Origin: Candidatus Bathyarchaeia archaeon
GTDB taxonomy: Archaea; Thermoproteota; Bathyarchaeia; Bathyarchaeales; Bathycorpusculaceae
Length of the DNA stretch: 18,024 nt
NCBI GenBank assembly: GCA_050010515.1
Contig: JBEKKX010000045.1
Coordinates: 1-18,024, forward strand
Reading direction: 5' to 3'
Shown: positions 1 through 7,555 of the stretch, piece by piece
How the letters are laid out: each line of letters starts with the position of its first letter
Position numbering within the stretch: position 1 is the first letter of the stretch
Notes under the pieces: model-generated
What the model was told of the DNA's origin: nothing
Databases searched by the model: none
The model's input: the letters and a program-made list of their open reading frames with translations, nothing else
Position numbers and translations under genes: made by a program

Positions 1-84
1 CAATGGATTGCACTTAAAAGTTTCAAAAGATCAACTTCACATGTACCTAAGACCAGTAGTTAAGACTTAATTGGGAAGTTTGCC

Positions 85-242
85 ATGAACACGTGGTTGA
101 CGATTGCCATTATTATTGTGATACTTTGGGTGGTTGGCTTCTTTGCTTTGCCAGGATAGGTCCGTTGGTAAATATACTGCTCGTGATTGCCGTAATCTTT
201 GTAGTCATTTGGCTGTTGACCGGCAAAAAACTATGGAAATAA
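85..242 (+). pseudogene. Small two-helix membrane protein resembling the lmo0937 family, interrupted by a 1-nt frameshift near 154-156 (pseudogene or assembly indel)
   Basis: ATG at 85 reads MNTWLTIAIIIVILWVVGFFALPG to TAG 157-159. The -1 frame from 156 reads IGPLVNILLVIAVIFVVIWLLTGKKLWK to TAA 240-242. Joined, this gives ~52 aa with two hydrophobic segments and a basic tail, followed by a T-rich tract. Family assignment is from recalled pattern similarity. Not in the ORF track. Confidence 0.7.
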
Positions 243-249
243 ACTATGC

Positions 250-269
250 TTTCCTTTTTTTGTTGTTTT
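250..269 (+). terminator. Putative archaeal oligo-T terminator
   Basis: TTTCCTTTTTTTGTTGTTTT directly after the TAA at 240-242. Confidence 0.4.
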
Positions 270-335
270 AGTCCAAATTAGAGAATAATAAATTGGTAAA
301 AAGGTTGTAACTTAAGAGTTTGGGAGAAAGAACCT

Positions 336-1034
336 TTGAGGCAAGAGTCCGATAAAAAATGCTCCACAGACGTTATAATTGCGGCGTTAAACGAGGAAGA
401 AGGCATCGGCCCTACGTTGACGGAGATTTCGCAAAAAATTAGTCCTAACCAGGTTTTAGTAGTTGATGGTCACAGTCACGATCGGACGGTTGAAATTGCC
501 AAAGATTTGGGTGCACATATTCTATTCCAGGATGGCTTAGGCAAAGGCGATGCCATCTCGAAAGCTGTTGGATACCTAGATTCTGATGTGGATTACGTTG
601 TCGTCACAGATGCGGACTTCACTTATCCGGCGGAGCATATCCCAGAAATGATACAGATACTTAAGAATCACCCTGACGTTGGCATGGTTTGCGGAAACAG
701 GTTTAACGGTCTTACCGACGCGAAAGAGCTGCATAACTTGCTCTATTTTGGAAATAAGCTTTTGGCGTTCTCTCAAAGTTTGCTTAATGGGGTGAACCTG
801 CAAGATCCGTTGACTGGGTTGCGGGCAATTCGCGCTGAAATCCTAAAAGAATGGCAAGTGAAGTCAAAGGGTTTTGATATAGAAGTGGAACTGAACAGCG
901 AAGTAGATCGGAGAAACTTTGAGATTGTTGAGGTACCCATTAGATACAGAAAGAGGCTTGGGGAGAAGAAATTAAAGGTAAGCGACGGCGCAACCATTTT
1001 CAAAAGAATTCTGCTAGAAACCCACTGGCCTTAA
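336..1034 (+). CDS. Glycosyltransferase family 2 (DPM1-like, polyprenol-phosphate glycosyltransferase-like)
   Basis: GT-A motifs: VIIAALNEEEGI, VVDGHSHDRT, GKGDA, DxD (TDADFTY), DPLTGLRA, GFDIEVE, EVPIRYRKRLGEKKL. GGGAG RBS at 322-326 before the TTG start. Confidence 0.93.
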   Translation: MRQESDKKCSTDVIIAALNEEEGIGPTLTEISQKISPNQVLVVDGHSHDRTVEIAKDLGAHILFQDGLGKGDAISKAVGYLDSDVDYVVVTDADFTYPAEHIPEMIQILKNHPDVGMVCGNRFNGLTDAKELHNLLYFGNKLLAFSQSLLNGVNLQDPLTGLRAIRAEILKEWQVKSKGFDIEVELNSEVDRRNFEIVEVPIRYRKRLGEKKLKVSDGATIFKRILLETHWP

Positions 1035-1199
1035 TTAGATCAGCATCAGAATGCTTCAGTTTTAATTGCGCTTGTTAGTGGTCGCCATTACCTGCGATGA
1101 ATAGACATATGGAAACGCATGCGTTGTTTTCGTTATCTGAAGGTTTGCTTGCATGATTTTTCAAAGAATTTTTGAGGGATTAACAATCTTGTTACTGTA

Positions 1200-1234
1200 G
1201 CGCGCATAAGTGTTCATTAATTGTTTTTGGGCTT
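1200..1234 (+). repeat. Left terminal inverted repeat of the IS
   Basis: GCGCGCATAAGTGTTCATTAATTGTTTTTGGGCTT matches the reverse complement of 2376-2410 (GCGCGCATAAGTGGTCATTAATTCTTTTTTGGCTT) at 32/35 positions. Confidence 0.9.
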
Positions 1235-1334
1235 TTTTCTTCTATTGAAGCCCTTTATAGGCTTGATTAAGTTTTTAGAGGTGATAATGTCAATGGATAG
1301 TTGAAACAAGCCTTAATGGAGGTGATAAACCGTT

Positions 1335-2345
1335 TTGGACGGTTATCAACGCCTACCCGTTGACACCCTCAAACTCTTGTTCTCCCAGATTGATATAAGC
1401 ATAACTGTGAAGCAGGTCGAGGCTAAGTATGTCAACTCTGGAAAAGGCAGACCGCGCTACCCAGTGCGTTCCATGCTCCTGGCTTTGATGTTCATGCACT
1501 TCGAAGCCATACCATCAGTAAGGAAGCTCTGCAGAAGACTTGAAAAGAGGCGTTACGCCAGGAAAATCTGCGAGTTCACCGGGGAAATAACCTCGAAACA
1601 CAACACGTTCAGCCTGTTCATCAGCCGTGCCGGGCCAGACACGATAGAAGGCATGTTCAGCGAGCTAAGGGACCAAGCACTCAAAATGGGCATAGTAGAC
1701 AGTGACTTGGCTGTTAAAGTCAGCGTGGACAGCACTTTCATGAAGGCGTATTCGAGGCGTGGGAGGAAGGGAGGCTTAAGCGACAGGGGCGCAAGAGTCG
1801 GCAAGACGGAACGCAGAAACTATGCGCTGGGCTGGAGAGTCCACACCGTCACGTCCATGTCATCTCTTCCGTTGACCTATGTTGTTAGGGCTGCAAACGT
1901 CAACGACAAACAAGTTGTTAAGCCGCTGTTGAAGCAGTCTTCAAGCCTGATCAAGCGTTGCGGAAAGCGCGTCAGCCGCGTCATAGCCGACAGACAGTAC
2001 TACTCAGCCGAAATCTTTGCAGCCATAAGGGAATTGGATGCTGAACCTGTCATTCCTTATCCGTCTAACGTGAAGTATCCGCTGATAGACTTGTGGTTGA
2101 CGAAGCGCTTCAAGGTGAAGGGCGACCCGAGGCTTGTGAAGCTGTATAGGCTGAGGATGACTGTTGAAAGAAACTTCAAGGCTGGAAAGCTCGAGCTCAT
2201 GATGGAAAACCTTCGCTGGAGAGGAGTAGCCAAAGTCCGGATGCACGTGGCAATATGCTTCGCATGCATATACGCCGTGGCAATCACAGCCCACAAAATA
2301 TGCAGGCCCGAACTGGCAAACAGCATCGCAACCTTCACATACTAA
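1335..2345 (+). CDS. DDE transposase (DDE_Tnp_1-like core, DUF772-like N-terminus)
   Basis: N-terminal GRPRYP..MLLALM. Catalytic D in VDSTF, D in IADRQY, E in YRLRMTVERNFKAGK, which fits the Y-x2-R-x3-E-x6-K (YREK) signature. Perfect GGAGGTGA RBS at 1318-1325. Confidence 0.93.
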   Translation: MDGYQRLPVDTLKLLFSQIDISITVKQVEAKYVNSGKGRPRYPVRSMLLALMFMHFEAIPSVRKLCRRLEKRRYARKICEFTGEITSKHNTFSLFISRAGPDTIEGMFSELRDQALKMGIVDSDLAVKVSVDSTFMKAYSRRGRKGGLSDRGARVGKTERRNYALGWRVHTVTSMSSLPLTYVVRAANVNDKQVVKPLLKQSSSLIKRCGKRVSRVIADRQYYSAEIFAAIRELDAEPVIPYPSNVKYPLIDLWLTKRFKVKGDPRLVKLYRLRMTVERNFKAGKLELMMENLRWRGVAKVRMHVAICFACIYAVAITAHKICRPELANSIATFTY

Positions 2346-2375
2346 ACGCCTGAAAAAGGCTCCATTCGCGAAATC

Positions 2376-2410
2376 AAGCCAAAAAAGAATTAATGACCAC
2401 TTATGCGCGC
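2376..2410 (-). repeat. Right terminal inverted repeat of the IS
   Basis: AAGCCAAAAAAGAATTAATGACCACTTATGCGCGC, an inverted copy of 1200-1234. Confidence 0.9.
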
Positions 2411-2720
2411 GTTTGACGCACTAAGAATGATCAATGGGCTTGTCTGGTTTTGCGCGATTGGCAAAGTTTCGCTCCTCGCTGCCTTTTGAGTAGTATCACA
2501 TAGAGATAATTCTCAGAATAATTTACTAAGTTTTACTGATAGAGTAGTACGCGAAACGGTTAGCAAAGTTACGTGTTCTAACATTTTTGAACGAGATGTT
2601 TGCCTCAGCGATGTGCTGACGTGGAGAAGAGTAAGATTCCTGTTGATTCGCGCGGTTGTGGAAGCTTCCAATTATTCTTAGCTAAAACTTCCAAAGATAA
2701 AGTCATAGTCAAACACGTAG

Positions 2721-2758
2721 TGCGTATATGAAGTAGTAATACGCATTATTTATTTATT
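2721..2758 (+). promoter_or_regulatory. Inverted repeat TGCGTAT-N11-ATACGCA followed by a TATA-like TTTATT, upstream of the AAA+ gene
   Basis: Perfect 7-bp arms at 2721-2727 and 2739-2745, TTTATT at 2753-2758, ATG at 2797. Confidence 0.4.
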
Positions 2759-2796
2759 GGATCCTAAACTCAATATTACTCCAGAGACGGCGCCGA

Positions 2797-3822
2797 ATGA
2801 GTTATGGACATCAAGGTACAAAAGAAAAAGCTGATGCAAGCAGAATTCAGGAGTTTTCATCTCTTAAAGAAGACAAATTCAAGGTAACAGTATCCTTAGA
2901 CAAAGAACGCCCCATGTCCAAATCACCATTATACGAAAAATATAACATACAAAGATACGACCTTCACCCAAACTTCAGCTTCTCCTACTTAGATGATATG
3001 ATACCAAAAAACACGCCCGAATACCTAGACCATGGATTTAACTACGTTGAACGCATCGTACGTGCACTCTATTATTTCAAGCAATGTAGCCTAATTGGAC
3101 CATCAGGAACAGGCAAAACCCACATTGTCTACCTGGTAGCAGAACTCACAGGCTTGCCAATTTGGGAAGTCAACTGCGGTTTATCAACATCCTCATTTGA
3201 CCTTATCGGGCGATTTATCGGGTTAGGCAAAGAAAACTGGGTAGACGGACTATTAACGCAGTGGCTAAGAAAAGGCGGCATCATGTACCTCGACGAAGCC
3301 AACATGATGAAGCAGGACGTTGCCACCAGATTAAACCCAGTTTTAGACACCCGAGGCCACCTGGTGCTAAACGAAAAAGACAGCGAGGTAATCGAACGCC
3401 ACAAATACGGGTACATGATTATTAGCATGAACCCTGCGACAGCTGAATTCTTAGGAACAAAACCGTTAAACGCCGCAATGAGACGACGCATGGCTGTCTG
3501 GATAAACTTTGATTTCTTAAGCGTCGGAGAAATCATCTCTCCGGATGAGGTGGACATGTTGCGCAAAAGAACAAAGGTTGACCAGGATACCGCTTATAAA
3601 ATTATTCAAGCTGGCGCTGAGTTAAGAAGACAATACAAAGTGGGCGACTTGCCTTATGGACCCTCCTTAGGCGACTTAATCAACTGGGCTACTTTAGTCA
3701 AAGATGGAAATACTCCTATGGGAGCAGCGGAAGAAACCATAATCGGGTTAACCAGCGACAACGTCGAAGTCCAATCAGATGTGAGGAGAATCCTAGAAGC
3801 AGTTTTTAATAAATCGCAATAA
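2797..3822 (+). CDS. MoxR-class AAA+ ATPase (CbbQ/NirQ/NorQ/GvpN-like)
   Basis: Walker A GPSGTGKT, DLIG motif, WVDGLLT, Walker B MYLDEAN, sensor-1 SMNP, arginine finger LNAAMRRR. Directly upstream of a vWA gene. Confidence 0.9.
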   Translation: MSYGHQGTKEKADASRIQEFSSLKEDKFKVTVSLDKERPMSKSPLYEKYNIQRYDLHPNFSFSYLDDMIPKNTPEYLDHGFNYVERIVRALYYFKQCSLIGPSGTGKTHIVYLVAELTGLPIWEVNCGLSTSSFDLIGRFIGLGKENWVDGLLTQWLRKGGIMYLDEANMMKQDVATRLNPVLDTRGHLVLNEKDSEVIERHKYGYMIISMNPATAEFLGTKPLNAAMRRRMAVWINFDFLSVGEIISPDEVDMLRKRTKVDQDTAYKIIQAGAELRRQYKVGDLPYGPSLGDLINWATLVKDGNTPMGAAEETIIGLTSDNVEVQSDVRRILEAVFNKSQ

Positions 3823-3839
3823 TTGGGAGTTATTGCATT

Positions 3840-5558
3840 TTGGGATTTATTGATTACGCTTGGTCGGTTTCTTTACAAAAAGATAACACTAAAGTGAAAA
3901 TACTTCAGGATCCAACCTTGATTCAGCCTACGCTGCAAGGTGACAATTTTGGGTTCACTATTAAGTTCCCAACTGTTCGCATGCTGGAAGGCGGAAATGT
4001 TTCATTCCTTGGACACAAATTTGCCGCAAATAATGAAGGTAAATCAAAAATTGGGCGATTATTTAGGGCATCCGTTCTGCACCTAACAACTCACACTTTG
4101 GCGCCATTTCCCAAAGAAAAAATTGTTCCTAAAGAGTCAGATGCAGTAGTTGAAGCGTTCGCTAAGTCGCTGATTAATGACACTTACATAAACGCCTTCA
4201 TTCAAGCAGGTTATCCCGATAGATTTTTTGACATTGCTTACGCAAATGCGTTGGCTTACCAGAAAATAAAACCTTCAGAGAGAATCTTTACTTCTTCAAC
4301 AAAACTTATGGCGGCTTTACTAACTAAACTTAACACGGGCTTAATCAAAAATTCTCCAGGCGCAGAGGAGGAGAAAACGGTAAATCAATTATTCAACGAC
4401 CTAACAGCCCTTAAAGAAACTTTCTTAGCGTCAATAGCCGACGAACAGATTAAACTAGAAGAATTATTCGACGAAAAAGTTAAAGGCATAAAGCGTTTAC
4501 TTGAGCCTTTTGGCCCATTTTTGGAAGCGCCCTCACTCAGACATACTGAAAGCAACGGGCGCTGCAGCATCTACAGCGAAGCAGAAACATCAGTGGATAA
4601 CGATTTTGAAAGCCTATTTGTGCAATCTCTCATGAGCTTAGGCGGCAACGTACCTACCGTAGACAATATAGACCAATGTTGGAGACCGGAACAGGAAGCA
4701 GAGTCCTTACAGGCATTTAATTCTGATAATTACCAAAAGCAACGTGAAGAAAAAATACTTTCAAAAATCAACCCCTATGTAACTTTGACCAGATTTAAAT
4801 CGGTCTCTATTCCAGAGGAAGATTATACCCAATATTTACGAGCTAGAAATTTGGTGCAAGGGGCAAGCCGGCGACTTCTCGACATTCTCAGATCAGCCTT
4901 TAATTATTTTGATGAGGACCCAAGGCAAGAAATGGGTCAACTAGATTTAGCTGCTGTAATTCAATCCTTGGCAAGTAACAAGCCAGCGACAGATGTGTTT
5001 GTCCTTGATGAGTATCTTAAGCCAAATTTCGCTTGGTCAATAATTTTTGACGTCAGCAGGAGCATGCAGGTGAAAGGAGAATATGGTCGGGCGTTAGCTA
5101 TAGCTGTAGCTGAGGCAGCGAAAGAGTTAATGACTGACCCAACTTCCTGGACATTCTTCGCTTTCAGCGACAAACTCTACATACTTAAGGACAGTTCGGA
5201 ATCTTATTCAAAGAGAGTTAGAGGTAGAATCGGCGGCTTGAAATTTGAAGGGCTCACTTACATTCCTGATGCGATTCAGATGGCTGGAAAAATGCTTGCT
5301 AAACGGTTTGAAGAACAGCGCTGCTTAATAGTTATCTCTGATGGGTGGCCGTATGGGTATCCCAACATGCCAATGGCCTTGAAGGAATGTGTTGGTGATT
5401 TGTTACGGAAAGGAGTTATAGTAATAGGAATTGGTGTGGAAACAGGTAGAATGGGCAATTTCTTTAACTTACATGCCTCAGTTTTCACTCAGAAAGACCT
5501 CATTAACAAATTCGGGTCAGTTTATGCTAACGCTTCCGCGAAAGCACTTGAAACATAA
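3840..5558 (+). CDS. von Willebrand factor A domain protein (CbbO/NorD/CobT-like MoxR partner)
   Basis: C-terminal vWA domain with MIDAS DVSRS (DxSxS), T in GLTY and D in VISDG. G-x-LD motif (MGQLDL) precedes the domain. Degenerate HExxH-like LHLTTH near the N-terminus. Starts 17 bp after the ATPase stop. Confidence 0.85.
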   Translation: MGFIDYAWSVSLQKDNTKVKILQDPTLIQPTLQGDNFGFTIKFPTVRMLEGGNVSFLGHKFAANNEGKSKIGRLFRASVLHLTTHTLAPFPKEKIVPKESDAVVEAFAKSLINDTYINAFIQAGYPDRFFDIAYANALAYQKIKPSERIFTSSTKLMAALLTKLNTGLIKNSPGAEEEKTVNQLFNDLTALKETFLASIADEQIKLEELFDEKVKGIKRLLEPFGPFLEAPSLRHTESNGRCSIYSEAETSVDNDFESLFVQSLMSLGGNVPTVDNIDQCWRPEQEAESLQAFNSDNYQKQREEKILSKINPYVTLTRFKSVSIPEEDYTQYLRARNLVQGASRRLLDILRSAFNYFDEDPRQEMGQLDLAAVIQSLASNKPATDVFVLDEYLKPNFAWSIIFDVSRSMQVKGEYGRALAIAVAEAAKELMTDPTSWTFFAFSDKLYILKDSSESYSKRVRGRIGGLKFEGLTYIPDAIQMAGKMLAKRFEEQRCLIVISDGWPYGYPNMPMALKECVGDLLRKGVIVIGIGVETGRMGNFFNLHASVFTQKDLINKFGSVYANASAKALET

Positions 5559-6073
5559 GAAATGTAATTGGCTGGCGTATTTAGCACCTGTTTCTTGGCT
5601 TTTGTCTTAGGGATTTGTGTGTGTGCTCAAGCCTACCTCCCGGTCTACTAGATGCTTCTAATATGCTTCAAATATGATTCAACATAGATGTGCATAGAAG
5701 TAAGACGGCGCACTTTGCATGCAGAATGGTGCTTTTTAACATAGTTTTAGGTGTTTTTTATTTTGCTATCATAGACTTAATTGTCAGATGCATCAAAAAT
5801 GCTGGGCACGAGCCTCAAAAGGTGTGGGAAACATCAAAGAAACTTACTCCACCCTAAACAAGCCATAAAGGAACGGGCGTGCGGCGGCGAAGAAGAACAC
5901 GGAAGGACCACTCATAGACGTAAAATACTTCTATCAAAAAATTATCAGAACATACGAATACAAAGTAGCCACTATTTATGAGAAAAATACCGACAGAACG
6001 TACAGGTAAAGCGAGAGCGCTAAATTGATAGATTGTTTAGAGAAATATCCAATTGCGTTAGCTAAGAAATGAA

Positions 6074-6125
6074 GCGCCGCCGAAAGGATTCGAACCTTTG
6101 ACCGACTGGTTAACAGCCAGCCGCT
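6074..6125 (-). repeat. Displaced 3' fragment of tRNA-Asn (att-like direct repeat)
   Basis: 48/52 identical to 7558-7609; 6091-6125 matches 7575-7609 exactly (35 bp). Contains the anticodon arm (GTT), a canonical T-loop TTCGAAT and acceptor strand CGGCGGC-G. The 5' acceptor strand and D-loop are absent. Confidence 0.92.
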
Positions 6126-6225
6126 TTAGTTTCACCTGGCGTTGTCAACGGGCTTTTTTAAAGAAATTTCAATGAAGAAACTATGTTTAGGAAATTAAAA
6201 CAAGGTATATCCAAATGGCAGAGTT

Positions 6226-6837
6226 TCAAGCTTTTATCAGTTTGTTTATTTCGAACACAAAAGTTCTCGCTCGCTCAAGCGAAGTCTGCGCATAGCCTCT
6301 TTTTGCCTGGACGCCTATGTCATACTGGAACTTGCTTCTTTTCTTCCGCTCGCCTTCATAGGATATTATTAGCTCATCAGCCTTCTTTTGCATCTTTTTC
6401 ATAAGCTCTTCTCTTCCAATCAGTTCCAGCCCAACTGTTTGCGCCTCTTCGTATTGCTCAAGCAGTTTCGCCAGCTTCTCGTTCGACGCGAAAAAATGAA
6501 TAAGTGCATCTGCGGTAACTTTATGCACTATTTGGCCTGAAGCTTTAATGCCCTGTTTTGCCAAAATCGCCGTCGCTGCATAAAACATAGCATAGTAAGA
6601 AGATACGATTACCCATAAGTAAGACTCAAAATTTGATCCAACCTTCAACGTTTCTTTTAGCGAATCTTCATCGGATATTTGCTGCAAAACAGACGCTGTT
6701 CGCAGAGAAGATTCAGCATTCGTCATAAAGAAGCCCACAAATCTGGGTGAGTCTTTGTCATTAAGCTTCAACAATCCATCGTCAACATATTGTTTAACGT
6801 TTCTTTTTGCTTCATTGACCCTTTCCTTATCTATCAT
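6226..6837 (-). CDS. HEPN-domain protein (UPF0332-like), putative toxin/RNase of an MNT-HEPN pair
   Basis: SYYAMFYAATAIL motif, conserved H (IVHK), R-x4-Y (RSKFQY) at the position of the HEPN Rx4-6H motif. ATGA overlap with the upstream MNT gene at 6834-6837. Confidence 0.85.
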   Translation of the reverse strand: MIDKERVNEAKRNVKQYVDDGLLKLNDKDSPRFVGFFMTNAESSLRTASVLQQISDEDSLKETLKVGSNFESYLWVIVSSYYAMFYAATAILAKQGIKASGQIVHKVTADALIHFFASNEKLAKLLEQYEEAQTVGLELIGREELMKKMQKKADELIISYEGERKKRSKFQYDIGVQAKRGYAQTSLERARTFVFEINKLIKA

Positions 6838-7451
6838 AAAACTGCCTCCAGCATTTTGAAGAGCGCTTCGGCTCCATATGGAACAACCCTATTATCCACT
6901 GCTTCCCAAGCAACGTTAGCCGTTTTCTGCTTTAAAAGGTCAGCGAATTCGCCACTAGTTAGGACTACATCGTGAAGACCAATAGGGCTAATGTGCTCAA
7001 TAGACCCGACGGCGGATGATACTTCTTTCTCCAAGGTTCTATCGGGAATGACAAAAAGAATATCCAGATCCGATTTTTTTGATGCCGTTCTCTTTACATA
7101 AGAGCCGAAGATTATTAAGGTAAAGAACGGCGAATCAAATTTGGATAAGATATCGTTTACGAGGATTTCCAAGTCGCGGTTCTTTGCAAAGAAACGACTC
7201 GCCCTGACCCCCTCTATGTAAGCAAGAAGGGAAGAATTGCCCTTTAAGTTCAGTTTGCAGTACGTAACCGGAGGTTTCTTCTCTGCAATTATGTAGTGTT
7301 GTTCTGCTAGTCTCATTGTCATTACATGGGAGATTTTATAGTCTTTTCCTATCGCGTCAGCAATTTGACGCACGGTAAAGCTTTCACGAATCCTTGAGCT
7401 TAAATGAACAAGAATCTCAACCGAAGTTTTAGTCAAAGGTTCTATGTACAT
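6834..7451 (-). CDS. wHTH-fused minimal nucleotidyltransferase (MNT), putative antitoxin
   Basis: N-terminal winged helix (FTVRQIADAIGKDY). Pol-beta-type NTase motif IIFGSYVKRTASKKSDLDILFV (GS-x10-DxD). C-terminal VVPYGAE. Confidence 0.88.
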   Translation of the reverse strand: MYIEPLTKTSVEILVHLSSRIRESFTVRQIADAIGKDYKISHVMTMRLAEQHYIIAEKKPPVTYCKLNLKGNSSLLAYIEGVRASRFFAKNRDLEILVNDILSKFDSPFFTLIIFGSYVKRTASKKSDLDILFVIPDRTLEKEVSSAVGSIEHISPIGLHDVVLTSGEFADLLKQKTANVAWEAVDNRVVPYGAEALFKMLEAVL

Positions 7452-7482
7452 AATATTATGTATGTAAGTACATAGATTTAAA
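7441..7482 (-). promoter_or_regulatory. Promoter/operator of the MNT-HEPN operon
   Basis: TTTAAA box at 7477-7482, 26-31 bp upstream of the ATG at 7451 (leaderless geometry). Perfect 16-bp palindrome TACATAATATTATGTA at 7447-7462, plus 9-bp inverted repeat TCTATGTAC (7441-7449) / GTACATAGA (7468-7476). Confidence 0.65.
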
Positions 7483-7555
7483 CATTTTAGCTTTAGTAAC
7501 TACGTTAGTCCAGTACGATGCACCTTATTGCCTCACGGATTTTTAAAAGTAGAGT

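Larger units (their letters stand above)
1200..2410 (+). mobile_element. Insertion sequence, 1211 bp, IS4/IS5/IS1182-like DDE group
   Basis: Single transposase ORF bounded by imperfect 35-bp terminal inverted repeats (1200-1234 vs 2376-2410, 32/35 identical). The interior looks more GC-rich than the flanks. No target-site duplication is evident. Confidence 0.9.

Noticed and set aside
576-5488. Short antisense ORFs in the track (576-803, 773-1003, 1553-1804, 2004-2294, 2057-2338, 3129-3566, 4385-4570, 4961-5173, 5276-5488)
   Set aside because: They lie entirely opposite well-supported genes and show no recognisable motifs; treated as shadow ORFs.
5781-5981. 66-aa ORF as an intact gene
   Set aside because: No RBS or motif and atypical composition; at most part of a decayed fragment (listed as a low-interest finding).
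6140-6150. Palindrome CGTTG-T-CAACG inside the islet next to the att repeat
   Set aside because: Only 5-bp arms and no counterpart at the other end of the islet; compatible with chance.
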